Made by a program: the position numbers and the translations under genes. This document shows positions 26,540 through 35,148 of a DNA stretch of 41,920 bases, one piece after another. Position 1 is the first letter of the stretch; each line of letters starts with the position of its first letter. Origin of the DNA: a virus (taxonomy: Duplodnaviria; Caudoviricetes); IMG/VR virus record IMGVR_UViG_3300037043_000200, positions 1 through 41,920 of that record. One strand, given 5' to 3'. The notes beneath the pieces are model-generated. The model was not told where the DNA came from, did no database searches, and saw only the letters and a program-made list of their open reading frames with translations.

Positions 26540-27283
26540 TTAAAATAGATTCAGCTGTGTCTCGTCATTCTCTTCCTTTACGTCGCCAGTTCTTTCTGTT
26601 GATTTTTCTGGAACTTCTAATATCTGTTTCATCGCCAATCGCATCGGCCAGTCCGTTAAGAAACAAACCGGCGTATGCAACACCCGAAACACTTCCATTG
26701 TGATTGTATTTCCGTGGATCACCTTCCCGGCCAGTCCGTAAAGAGAAACTTGGATGTAGCACATAAGAAATGCGATATCGCTGATATCTTGTGCCACAAC
26801 AAATACTCCCCGGCTTGGATTGCACTGTTCTTCGATCAGCACCTGCCGCATGGCGATTAACATACCACCGCTTCCACAGGCCGGTTCGTTCACCGTTATA
26901 TATCCCTGCCGATCGATCTGCTCCTTCACCCCAGTAAAAGTCATTTTTGCGATCATCAGTGATACCGGGAACGGAGTGAAAAACTGACCCTGCCGTTCAT
27001 TACCGAATTCGCATTCCTGGAAAACCTCTCCAAGAAAATCACAGTTTGATATCTCCATGTCGTTGACCATAACCGTAAATGCTTCGTCAAATATCAGTAG
27101 CTGTTCCCGTGTATATTTCTCATGAGCCTTTTTCAATTCCGGTTCCGCAATATCCCGGAGGAAAGGCAATGCGAGCGAGTATGTGCCAAGTGTGCAGAAG
27201 TCGTAAAAGACTTCGTACAAACGCTTCGAATAGTCAACCTTGCTGAGCAGGTCGATGAACTTCTTCTGCGCTTGGTTTAGCAT
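26540..27283 (-). CDS. N6-adenine DNA methylase-like protein (HsdM-like, lacking NPPY)
   Basis: DFLGEVF, GQFFTP, EPACGSGGML, QDI, HGNT. No motif IV is present before the stop. Confidence 0.8.
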   Translation of the reverse strand: MLNQAQKKFIDLLSKVDYSKRLYEVFYDFCTLGTYSLALPFLRDIAEPELKKAHEKYTREQLLIFDEAFTVMVNDMEISNCDFLGEVFQECEFGNERQGQFFTPFPVSLMIAKMTFTGVKEQIDRQGYITVNEPACGSGGMLIAMRQVLIEEQCNPSRGVFVVAQDISDIAFLMCYIQVSLYGLAGKVIHGNTITMEVFRVLHTPVCFLTDWPMRLAMKQILEVPEKSTERTGDVKEENDETQLNLF

Positions 27284-27683
27284 TGCTCCTTTTTGTGAGA
27301 TTCAATACTGCTTCGTATCCCTTCAAATACTTGTTAAAAGATTTTTCAATCCAATATCCGGCTGTGTGACGATCGATTTGTGTCAATGCACGATCGAGCA
27401 GGTTCACATTGTCACGTTGGATCTTGTTGAGTTCTGTAAAATTGTAGATCAACTCATTCAGCAAACGTTGCAATTTTGTAAACTCATTTTCCTTCGGCAG
27501 AAGGCAATGGCAAAATTGCAACTGGAATATCCATTTCTTGTCCTGATAGATTTTATTGATGCCAAGACGCCCACGACCGTGACACGACTTGCAGTTGGGA
27601 TCTGCGGAATAATGCTTGAGAATTTCAATTTCATCCGGCACTGTGATTGATGCCGGATCGATTACCTGGTTATCCTGAGACAT
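27234..27683 (-). CDS. Hypothetical Zn-finger protein
   Basis: CKSCHGRG...CHC followed by a coiled coil. Confidence 0.65.
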   Translation of the reverse strand: MSQDNQVIDPASITVPDEIEILKHYSADPNCKSCHGRGRLGINKIYQDKKWIFQLQFCHCLLPKENEFTKLQRLLNELIYNFTELNKIQRDNVNLLDRALTQIDRHTAGYWIEKSFNKYLKGYEAVLNLTKRSNAKPSAEEVHRPAQQG

Positions 27684-27696
27684 TGATATTTCCTTC

Positions 27697-27894
27697 TTAG
27701 TGTGGTGTTAATCCAAATTGTATCTGTTTCCGGATATATGCGCTTTTTACAGTTTCATCTTCGCCTACCATAAATGTTCCGACATCCTTCCCTGTGAACA
27801 TTGGCAGTGCCGGCTTTCCGATCCGAGATTGGTATCCATTAAAAACCAACCCTAATCGATTCCCTTCGTTGATGAGTTCTTCCGGTGTAGTCAT
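27697..27894 (-). CDS. Hypothetical protein
   Basis: 65 aa, ATGA-coupled. Confidence 0.6.
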   Translation of the reverse strand: MTTPEELINEGNRLGLVFNGYQSRIGKPALPMFTGKDVGTFMVGEDETVKSAYIRKQIQFGLTPH

Positions 27895-28058
27895 GTCAAC
27901 GCGAATGGCCGTTGAAAGTCATCATCATCGTCGGATTTTTCATTACGTTCTTTCTCCGTCCGTTCGCTGATCGCTCGAAGTATGGTACCTATGCCCAGGG
28001 CTGCTAACACGATCGCGACAATATGCTGCTGAATGAATTTTCCGAGAATCTCGATCAT
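27891..28058 (-). CDS. Small membrane protein (absent from the ORF track)
   Basis: 55 aa, MIEILGKFIQQHIVAIVLAALGIGTILRAIS...; AAGGTG RBS; its TGA overlaps the next ATG. Confidence 0.6.
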   Translation of the reverse strand: MIEILGKFIQQHIVAIVLAALGIGTILRAISERTEKERNEKSDDDDDFQRPFALT

Positions 28059-28061
28059 AGA

Positions 28062-28286
28062 TCACCTTGTTTGTAATGGTGGCGGTGTTTGGTGCATCGT
28101 TGTATGTGGCGATATCGCCGGTGTCACAGGATTGATGCATATTCGATATCCTTTCTTTAACGCAAGAATCATTTGACCCCAATCCATCCGGTCACCCCGT
28201 TCAAATGTTGGCATGTCGCTTTCTACCACCGTAGGACACGGTCGTACGTTTTCCGAAATGTCGATATTGCAGACGATGTGCTTCAT
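28062..28286 (-). CDS. Hypothetical protein
   Basis: 74 aa, GGAGG RBS, ATGA-coupled. Confidence 0.6.
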   Translation of the reverse strand: MKHIVCNIDISENVRPCPTVVESDMPTFERGDRMDWGQMILALKKGYRICINPVTPAISPHTTMHQTPPPLQTR

Positions 28287-28456
28287 GCTGTGAATGCCTC
28301 CAACATTTCGCTGAATTCCTGCAGCCGAAGCACGATATATGCATTTACAATGGTTCGCAGAAATCCTTTCCCCTTGCGATCGATTGTCTGCTCTCCGTTG
28401 GTGATGGACACGTTCACCAATCCGTTTTCTGCTGTGGTGGCTGTGAGTGTTGTCAT
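28283..28456 (-). CDS. Small hypothetical protein (absent from the ORF track)
   Basis: 57 aa, MTTLTATTAENGLVNVSITNGEQTIDRKGKG...; AGGAGG RBS; ATGA overlaps at both ends. Confidence 0.65.
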   Translation of the reverse strand: MTTLTATTAENGLVNVSITNGEQTIDRKGKGFLRTIVNAYIVLRLQEFSEMLEAFTA

Positions 28457-28986
28457 GCTATTTTCCTCCTGGCATATTGTCCTTCGACAAAAGCGATCGC
28501 CTCATCGGTCAACCGGTACACGCTGATTAGCCCTCCCTTACGGCTTGGCGTCCTGCTCTTCTTCACACCGTTCCAAATAAATTCTTTTGTCTTAAAGAGC
28601 GATCCGATCGCATTTCGGTGGATCGATTCCACCAACGGGAATTTCTCCCTCACCAGATCTGCGCTTACAGATCCTTCTTCGAATGCAATGCGCATTGCCA
28701 CCTTTCGGGCTTCTACTAAGCGTTGTTGGTCCTGGTCAGTAAATAGATCTGGCTGCTGCATAATTAATTCGTGTGAATAATGAATGGGATTTTGTTTAAC
28801 CGGCGCGGAGATGGTTGCCCGGGCATCACTTGCGTATCGAATGATATCGGATAAAAAAAAGAGCATTCGGGCTGTGCTGACAAAACCGAATCGTCGACCA
28901 AATCGTTCTGCCGTTTGGTTCCGGAAATTTGTTTGTCGCCGCATCTCTTGTTGACGACCGATTTCCTTGTAGAACGGAGGTGTCAT
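28453..28986 (-). CDS. Hypothetical protein, C-terminal wHTH-like
   Basis: ATGA-coupled. SADLVRE..HRNAIGSLF...SR.PSR.GG pattern. The true start may be the internal MQQPDLF. Confidence 0.55.
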   Translation of the reverse strand: MTPPFYKEIGRQQEMRRQTNFRNQTAERFGRRFGFVSTARMLFFLSDIIRYASDARATISAPVKQNPIHYSHELIMQQPDLFTDQDQQRLVEARKVAMRIAFEEGSVSADLVREKFPLVESIHRNAIGSLFKTKEFIWNGVKKSRTPSRKGGLISVYRLTDEAIAFVEGQYARRKIA

Positions 28987-29189
28987 ATTGCTTTCCGCAG
29001 ATTAGTATTAAATTGATATTCGATCCGATACTTCTCCATCACCAGCAACACGTCGTTCTTCTTAAAAAGATATACCTTCCCCGGTCTGTAGAACGGAAAC
29101 ACTCCAGCAATCGCCATGCGCTTCACCTGTTTCCCGCTCATGCCGATCAAAGTTCCGATTTCTTCTGCCGTGTGGTATACTTTTTCCAT
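28983..29189 (-). CDS. Excisionase-like HTH protein
   Basis: Y.TAEEIG.LIG.S...V.R.A..G..P.YR.G..Y.F....V pattern. Confidence 0.75.
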   Translation of the reverse strand: MEKVYHTAEEIGTLIGMSGKQVKRMAIAGVFPFYRPGKVYLFKKNDVLLVMEKYRIEYQFNTNLRKAI

Positions 29190-29623
29190 TACTTGTTGAT
29201 CTGCAATTCAATCTCCCGTTTCAATGTCTGCGCTTCACGGATCAGTTCATCGCAGTATTTCAATGCACCTTTGGGGTCTGTCTCCCTCTTCCGGATGATA
29301 TATCCTTGAATTTCATCGATCTTAATAATGTTATCGTCGGTCCGTCCGTTCGTCGGTAGGTCAAAAACATTGTCCCCGATCGTTTTTCCGAATCTCTTCA
29401 CCGCTTCCCGGCAAATCGGCACAACTATCTCTTCGGGCTGCAGCAATAATTGGAACGCCGGAAAGTGCCGTTCCGAAAGTGGATCGAGCCACTGACTGAT
29501 TGTGTTCTGCTTTACATATCCATAGTTGGCAAGTACGTCTTGCTTCAGGTTAGCATCGATAATCATATCGCGAAGAATGGACTTCACGTGATCGGCTGTT
29601 TCTTGGGCTTTTCCGTAATACAT
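29189..29623 (-). CDS. CII-like regulatory protein
   Basis: Follows cro; HTH followed by W.DP..ERHF, resembling the P2/186 CII family. Confidence 0.55.
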   Translation of the reverse strand: MYYGKAQETADHVKSILRDMIIDANLKQDVLANYGYVKQNTISQWLDPLSERHFPAFQLLLQPEEIVVPICREAVKRFGKTIGDNVFDLPTNGRTDDNIIKIDEIQGYIIRKRETDPKGALKYCDELIREAQTLKREIELQINK

Positions 29624-29672
29624 CGTTTAATACTCCCGTGATATAATTGTTGGTTTTTATCTCTCTACTTCG

Positions 29673-29924
29673 TCATTTCGTTAGGTATTTTTGCTGTAGT
29701 TCTTTCACTCTGTTGAATTCTTCATTCAGTAAAATTGGAAGGTTTTTTTTGATGCTTTCTGCTTCATCGTATGTAGGTTCTAATTGACCCCTGACAATTA
29801 GGTTGAATCGACGATAATCGATGCCTACTCGTGGTGCTATTTTGGTCATAGGGATATTTGTTGCTCGGATGTCCTTGCGAAGTAAATCGGTCGGTGTGGG
29901 TTGTTTCTTTAAGACTGTTTTCAT
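29673..29924 (-). CDS. Cro-like XRE HTH protein
   Basis: IAPRVGIDYRRFNLIVRGQLEP; divergent from the repressor. Confidence 0.75.
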   Translation of the reverse strand: MKTVLKKQPTPTDLLRKDIRATNIPMTKIAPRVGIDYRRFNLIVRGQLEPTYDEAESIKKNLPILLNEEFNRVKELQQKYLTK

Positions 29925-30017
29925 AGGTTACAATAGTATTGTATTTAATGACAATACAAATATAAGTAGCAACTAATATCTTGTCAAGATATATATTAGT
30001 TAGAACTAATTTTATTT
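29925..30017. promoter_or_regulatory. Lysis-lysogeny switch: sigma70-type PR promoter and operators
   Basis: Minus strand TTGACA (29987-29982), 17 bp spacer, TATATT (29964-29959). Inverted repeats TTGTATT..AATACAA and TATCTTG-T-CAAGATA. Confidence 0.75.
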
Positions 30018-30683
30018 ATGGCGAAAAGAACACTTGTGGCACATCATTTGAGGGAGTGGGCAATTTATACCTTCGGGAGCGTCAATGCTTTCGCGGTGGC
30101 AATGGATATGAGTCAATCTGCCGCAAGTCAATTATTAAACGGCAAATATAACATTGGGATAGATACACTAAAGAGACTCTACGCATTAGGATATGACGTA
30201 AATGAAATAATGCGGTTGGATAATGCCCTTTCTACAAAATCTGCTGTAAAAAAACTAATCGAATCATCCGGCAAAATTATGGAGGAAACCCACCAACTTG
30301 ATATAGACATTGTTCCTATACCAGTATTCGACTATATCAAAGCCGGAGGAAAATCTATGGTGCTGCGCGATGAACCTGCTGAATATATTTACTCCACCAA
30401 ATCTGCAGACCAATCCCGTTATGGTGTCCGTGTTAAAGGCAATTCGATGGAACCTGAGATAAAAGACGGTGAGATCGTAGTTGCCTCAAAAATAGCCCAT
30501 ATAAAGGATGGGAATATTTGTGTCATAACATTTGAGGACGGTGATACGTGTTTGCGGCGAGTATATTTTTCTGATCACTCCTGTACGCTCGTTTCGGATA
30601 ATAAAAAATATCCGCCAATAACGTATAAAAAAAGTGAAATAAAAATTATTCATAAAATCGTTGAGAAAATAACAAAATACTGA
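30018..30683 (+). CDS. cI: CI-like repressor (XRE HTH + S24 peptidase)
   Basis: HTH SQSAASQLLNG, KAG cleavage site, VKGNSMEP, SDNKKYPP. Confidence 0.9.
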   Translation: MAKRTLVAHHLREWAIYTFGSVNAFAVAMDMSQSAASQLLNGKYNIGIDTLKRLYALGYDVNEIMRLDNALSTKSAVKKLIESSGKIMEETHQLDIDIVPIPVFDYIKAGGKSMVLRDEPAEYIYSTKSADQSRYGVRVKGNSMEPEIKDGEIVVASKIAHIKDGNICVITFEDGDTCLRRVYFSDHSCTLVSDNKKYPPITYKKSEIKIIHKIVEKITKY

Positions 30684-30698
30684 ACGGAGTCAACCACA

Positions 30699-30956
30699 AT
30701 GGCTAAGTTGTATCATGAAACCGTGCAGGAACGCATGATTTTATTTTTGCAATCGCATGTTGGTAAAAAACATGGATGGAAAAAGAAAGCGTCTGAATTT
30801 TTAGATTTTGAGAATGCACAGAATCTGTCAAGTTATCTTAGTGGTCTACGACTCCCGGGCAATACACTTCAGGCGCGTCTATACAATCGTGGTTGTTCAA
30901 TCGATTGGTTGATGTTTGGGAAAAATATTACAACTATTTTTGGAGATAAAAAATAA
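30699..30956 (+). CDS. Small XRE-HTH protein
   Basis: QNLSSYLSG.RLPG...L...GCSIDWLMFG. Confidence 0.7.
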   Translation: MAKLYHETVQERMILFLQSHVGKKHGWKKKASEFLDFENAQNLSSYLSGLRLPGNTLQARLYNRGCSIDWLMFGKNITTIFGDKK

Positions 30957-31669
30957 TGAAAACATTATTGTGCCTCTTTTTATTTTTTATTACCCCTCAT
31001 GCTCAACAAGAGACTTTGAAGGGCAAAATATTTATTGTAAAAAATAATGGTGATGTTGTTCGAATTGCTTTGGCAAAGGTGATGATATTTAAGTTTGACA
31101 AAGCATTGTCTAATATTGAGGTATTACAAAAAACGTTGAAAACAATTCGGGCACAGACAAAAGCAACCATCGATTCAATTAATTTTTCAATTGATGCGTT
31201 GCGCGCCGAGATCGGAATGGTAAACAGCCGATTAAATATTTTAAGAAAAGAAGAATATTGGATTAACGAATCAAAAACACTTGAATTTAACAGATTGGAT
31301 AAACAATATGAAAATATATTACAAAATATCTACGACCATGAAATTTCCGTTAAATCTCAATATGTGGTATCAGAATACCTAAAACTTCCATATAATTTAA
31401 TTAAGATTTCATTTTCAATCGGTGCATATAATGAGACTGATTCGGATGATATGGGGAGATTTGAAATACAACGAAATAAAAAGGACAAAAGCGTTTTGTT
31501 CGTCTTTGCAGAACGGCGGGTCGGGACCGAAACAGAAAAATACATTTGGCTAATTTCCATCCCAAAACAAATTCCCAAAGATGGGATAATATTGAACAAT
31601 AATAATTTGATTGAATCCTTTTCCGAAAACTCTATAATTAAAGCCGATATGAATATTATCGAGAAATGA
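30956..31669 (+). CDS. Exported protein in the repressor operon (possible superinfection exclusion)
   Basis: Signal peptide MKTLLCLFLFFITPHA-Q, central coiled coil, AT-rich. Confidence 0.55.
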   Translation: MKTLLCLFLFFITPHAQQETLKGKIFIVKNNGDVVRIALAKVMIFKFDKALSNIEVLQKTLKTIRAQTKATIDSINFSIDALRAEIGMVNSRLNILRKEEYWINESKTLEFNRLDKQYENILQNIYDHEISVKSQYVVSEYLKLPYNLIKISFSIGAYNETDSDDMGRFEIQRNKKDKSVLFVFAERRVGTETEKYIWLISIPKQIPKDGIILNNNNLIESFSENSIIKADMNIIEK

Positions 31670-31754
31670 TAATTCAACACCACGAGAGTGGCAGCAGTTG
31701 ATCGATGATATTCGGTTTAGGAAAATTTCTTTTAAAAAACCTTTTGAGGGAGGC

Positions 31755-32798
31755 ATGAAGATCTATCGCCGAGCAAATACTCCGTACTACTGGGTCGATC
31801 ATACATTCCTTGATGGTTCCCGGGTCCGTCACTCCCTAAAAACTACCGATAAAATGATCGCACGGATCCGCGCAAAGGAATTGATCACAAAGATTGAACA
31901 GGGTAAGACGTTTTTTGCAAAGAAGGGATCATTTTTTGCGGAGTACCTCGCGTACGCAAATCCCCGGAAATCTCCCCGCACTGTCAAGACTGAAAGGCAA
32001 ATGTGGCGCCAATTCACGGACTTTTTGAAGTCTGACAATCCGAACGATGCCACACAACATACGATCGAACAATTCTTTACGCAGTTGCTCAATCAAAAAA
32101 GAAAAGACTCCGCCGGCAATGAGATACCCAAATACCGGCCGGCGACGATCAATTCCTATCACCGGGTATTGCGTCACATGTTCAACAAAGCTGTGCAATG
32201 GAAATTCGCTTTCGTCAATCCGCTGCAGCATATCGAAATGATGCGGTTTGAACCGGAACCTCCCCGATATTTGACAAAATCCGAGATAGACAAATTCTTT
32301 TTGAAAGCGAAACAACTTCGTCCCGATCTGCTGCCGCTCTTCCTGTTCTATTTCCTCACCGGTTTACGTCGTAGTGAAGCGTTCAATCTCCGGTGGGAAG
32401 ACGTTGACTTCGACCGGCAGTTGCTGACGGTTCGGAAAACTAAGGGAAAACGTCCCCGGTTTGTTCCGATCACTCCCCTGGCAGAGAAGATCCTACGTCA
32501 ACGGCAGGATCTCCCTTCTCCGTTCAGCAGTGATATCAACAAAGAACTATCAAGCAATCCCGGACCAATACAACGGATCGTGACCGCAGCGGGACTCAGC
32601 GACATCACCTTGCATGACCTTCGCCGCTCGTTTGCAACCTATATGGCGCCACATATCAATAAAACGTTACTGCAGCAGTTGATCGGTCACGAGGATTATA
32701 GCGTCACCGATGTTTTCTACATTGGTACAAACAGTAAACTTCTCCGGAAGAAAATGATGGTTCTGGACGACATGTTGAAAAACGTCGGCTTGAATTAA
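31755..32798 (+). CDS. int: Tyrosine integrase
   Basis: TGLRRSE, KTKGK, LHDLRRSFAT, LIGH...Y. GGGAGG RBS before ATG 31755. Confidence 0.95.
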   Translation: MKIYRRANTPYYWVDHTFLDGSRVRHSLKTTDKMIARIRAKELITKIEQGKTFFAKKGSFFAEYLAYANPRKSPRTVKTERQMWRQFTDFLKSDNPNDATQHTIEQFFTQLLNQKRKDSAGNEIPKYRPATINSYHRVLRHMFNKAVQWKFAFVNPLQHIEMMRFEPEPPRYLTKSEIDKFFLKAKQLRPDLLPLFLFYFLTGLRRSEAFNLRWEDVDFDRQLLTVRKTKGKRPRFVPITPLAEKILRQRQDLPSPFSSDINKELSSNPGPIQRIVTAAGLSDITLHDLRRSFATYMAPHINKTLLQQLIGHEDYSVTDVFYIGTNSKLLRKKMMVLDDMLKNVGLN

Positions 32799-33028
32799 TG
32801 TGACACCACTGTGACGTGGAATGTGCTTAACAGTGTGACATTGAAGCGGCGCAGTGTCCGAAATGTCCGATCTCAGACGCGATTACAAAAAGAAATCAAA
32901 TTTTTTTTTAAATTTTCGACAGGATTTATACACTCTGAATCTGCGCGTGGTGGTTCGACTCCATCTAGGGCAGCAAAATTTCGACACTTTTAGTGTGACA
33001 ATGAGCAAAATGTGACATGAATGTGACG
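32798..33028. other. attP with TGTGAC arm-type sites
   Basis: TGTGAC(A/G) at 32799, 32810 and 32834 on the left, and 32994, 33011 and 33022 on the right, flanking the tRNA core. Confidence 0.85.
32932..32974 (+). other. att core = 3' half of tRNA-Gln(CUG) (not a complete tRNA)
   Basis: A-CTCTGAA (anticodon loop)-TCTGC-GCGT-GGTGG TTCGACT CCATC (T arm)-TAGGGCA-G. No 5' half is present. Confidence 0.88.
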
Positions 33029-33116
33029 TAGAAAATCGATATAATACTCTCTGTTTCTAATAATTTTTACATTATTCGAGATGATAAATACGGGGATTTG
33101 TTCGAGGTAGAAATTT

Positions 33117-33159
33117 TTACAAAGAAAAAGCCCGGTTTAATCGGGCTTTTTCTTTGTAA
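33117..33159. terminator. Bidirectional intrinsic terminator
   Basis: TTACAAAGAAAAAGCCCG-gtttaat-CGGGCTTTTTCTTTGTAA. Confidence 0.85.
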
Positions 33160-33180
33160 TTCAATTCAATAGAATCAAGG

Positions 33181-33651
33181 TTATTCAAAATCTTTTTTCA
33201 TTTTATTTTTCCCAATAACAAAAACCGTAACAAGACCAATAATTGTTGTCCCACCCAATATACTTGCTACCTCGATATGCCCCTCATGAGCAAGCCATAT
33301 AGATGCCCCAAGAAATAATATCGCAATAATGAATCCGAGCCATTGTCCTCGCTTGCTTTCGGATAACTGGGCTGAAACAACTTTACTCTCAAGACTCATC
33401 CTATGTTCGCTTTGTTTTTCCATCCTACATACAATTCGTTCTGCTAATCCCGGTAATATCTCTTCAAATTGCTTAAGCATTTCTGGTGGTGGCAATGCAC
33501 CAGAATATGATCTTGAGACAAAAACAGAAAAAACTTTTTCTAATCGTTTGCGTTGTTGGGGATTTGTAACGATGCTTTCGATTTCCTGAGAAAGCTGAGG
33601 TGGTAGCCTAAGTTCGTTTTTTGCTGGTTGCTCTTTACCTACTTCTGCCAT
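33181..33651 (-). CDS. DUF2335-like membrane protein
   Basis: SYSG.LPPP..L..FE.I.PG.AERI...E.Q..HR followed by two TM helices. Confidence 0.85.
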   Translation of the reverse strand: MAEVGKEQPAKNELRLPPQLSQEIESIVTNPQQRKRLEKVFSVFVSRSYSGALPPPEMLKQFEEILPGLAERIVCRMEKQSEHRMSLESKVVSAQLSESKRGQWLGFIIAILFLGASIWLAHEGHIEVASILGGTTIIGLVTVFVIGKNKMKKDFE

Positions 33652-33866
33652 TATTGTGCCGGGGATAATTCTACTACTTTCCTGAAATCTTCTCCCACCA
33701 TCCCCCAGTCAGATTCTATAGCTCGTACGTCTGCTTCCTCTTCCGTTTGGGAAACATTGAACCCGTAATAATTCCCCCATATATTGAATACGCTACCCGT
33801 GCCTTTCAACAATGTCGGTTCAGTTACCAAAAACAAGGTACTATATGCACTTTTTTTACTATTCAT
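33651..33866 (-). CDS. Small partner protein of the DUF2335-like gene
   Basis: L.G.GSVFNI.G...D..AI.SDW..VG.D; TAATG-coupled. Confidence 0.7.
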   Translation of the reverse strand: MNSKKSAYSTLFLVTEPTLLKGTGSVFNIWGNYYGFNVSQTEEEADVRAIESDWGMVGEDFRKVVELSPAQ

Positions 33867-33941
33867 CTTAAATAATCCTTCAACTTTCTAAAAGTGTTAT
33901 AATTTCAGAGACTAATTCTATCAATAACCAGGTATACATTT

Positions 33942-34229
33942 TTATAGTAATTCCCCGCGTTCACGTAGTAAATCTAAATACTCATTCTCTCCTAATCGAC
34001 ATTCTACGAAATCAAATAGTTCACTTGTTTTTCTGAGATACATTTGAATTCGTATATCGGTAAGTAGCCTTCCTGTTACAGTTTTAAACTTACTACTATG
34101 CGAGACCATGGTCCAAATATGCGTTCGTTTACCATCAACATAAAACCAATATTTCACGTGACTCGTATTTGATTTTATAAATCCCTTCTTCAAAAGTGAT
34201 TTAACGAGATCATCAACCTGAATCACCAT
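33942..34229 (-). CDS. HicA-like toxin (dsRBD-fold RNase)
   Basis: L.KKGF....SH..Y....G....T.VSH....V...LL..I..Q..L. Confidence 0.65.
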   Translation of the reverse strand: MVIQVDDLVKSLLKKGFIKSNTSHVKYWFYVDGKRTHIWTMVSHSSKFKTVTGRLLTDIRIQMYLRKTSELFDFVECRLGENEYLDLLRERGELL

Positions 34230-34232
34230 ACT

Positions 34233-34610
34233 TTATGAAATTGTTTTTCTTATTAGATAATTTTTGAGTTCAATCGCCTCGGGGGTTAATTCCGAATTTT
34301 GTTGTGAAATATACTCTTGAACGACGCTAAAAATTTGCTGATTCATTAGGAACAGTGCTTCTGGCAATGTTTCACCACTTACGGTTAATGATTTCCAAGT
34401 CTCGTGAGAAATTCTATATCCATCTTCTAATTCATCAATTAAGAATGGGATATTTGAGATTAATATCTTTGGAAGAAGTACTTGTTGGTGAATGCTTACT
34501 CTCTCTGGTTTAACAAAGTCAAATATATCTGAATTTCCCTTTTCTTCTTTCTTCAGGTCTGGTATAGTTGAAAACGCTTCTGCCGAGTAGTTATAATATG
34601 TATTAGTCAC
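34233..34610 (-). CDS. HicB-like antitoxin with N-terminal extension
   Basis: EDGY.I.......L...GET..EA...M...I....EY partial RNase H-fold pattern; no C-terminal DNA-binding domain. Confidence 0.6.
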   Translation of the reverse strand: MTNTYYNYSAEAFSTIPDLKKEEKGNSDIFDFVKPERVSIHQQVLLPKILISNIPFLIDELEDGYRISHETWKSLTVSGETLPEALFLMNQQIFSVVQEYISQQNSELTPEAIELKNYLIRKTIS

Positions 34611-34935
34611 GCTTAAGTCCTTCAGCTTTAATTATTTGTTCATTTAACCATATTACCGTACGTTTTGCTTGTTCAACAGTAATATATAGTGCACCAAGTA
34701 ATTCTCTTTCTGCATTGCCTACTTGAGCAACCTCATCGGGATTTTGCATTCTGATCAAGCCACTGTCTTTATCGATTGGGAATTGTACATAACTTGGCAT
34801 CGGATGATGATCAACACCAAAATTTACTAATATCCCGCTCCCGTCAGGCACTGGTCCACCAAATATTACTTGGGCTGGATATATTCGATAATCAGGTGAT
34901 TTTTTAAAAACAATCGTATACTTTTGTTCATTCAT
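34603..34935 (-). CDS. DUF3467-like small protein
   Basis: YR.YPA...FGG..P...I.VNF...RE....LY.T.EQAK....WL..I pattern; overlaps the HicB-like gene. Confidence 0.5.
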   Translation of the reverse strand: MNEQKYTIVFKKSPDYRIYPAQVIFGGPVPDGSGILVNFGVDHHPMPSYVQFPIDKDSGLIRMQNPDEVAQVGNAERELLGALYITVEQAKRTVIWLNEQIIKAEGLKRD

Positions 34936-35148
34936 ACAGTAATATTTAAAATACGATTAACCGGGCTTGCCGGTTTTTTTGAAAATTAAATGAAAGAAGA
35001 AACACGTATAATTCCTCTACGTGTGAGCTGAAGTGTTCAAGTCCCACTGAACGATTGAAATATAACTTTAGACGTCATTAATAGCAACATGTTTCATCAC
35101 ACTTTGTGTCCCCAAAATACCCCTTTTTAAAGCAATTTCACTTGATTT

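Noticed and set aside
32932-32974. Functional phage-encoded tRNA-Gln
   Set aside because: There is no 5' acceptor strand, D arm or complementary 5' anticodon stem; it is the att core.
32798-33028. TGTGAC repeats as CRP sites or a mini-CRISPR array
   Set aside because: They are short direct repeats with no TCACA partner and no spacer periodicity; the layout fits integrase arm sites.
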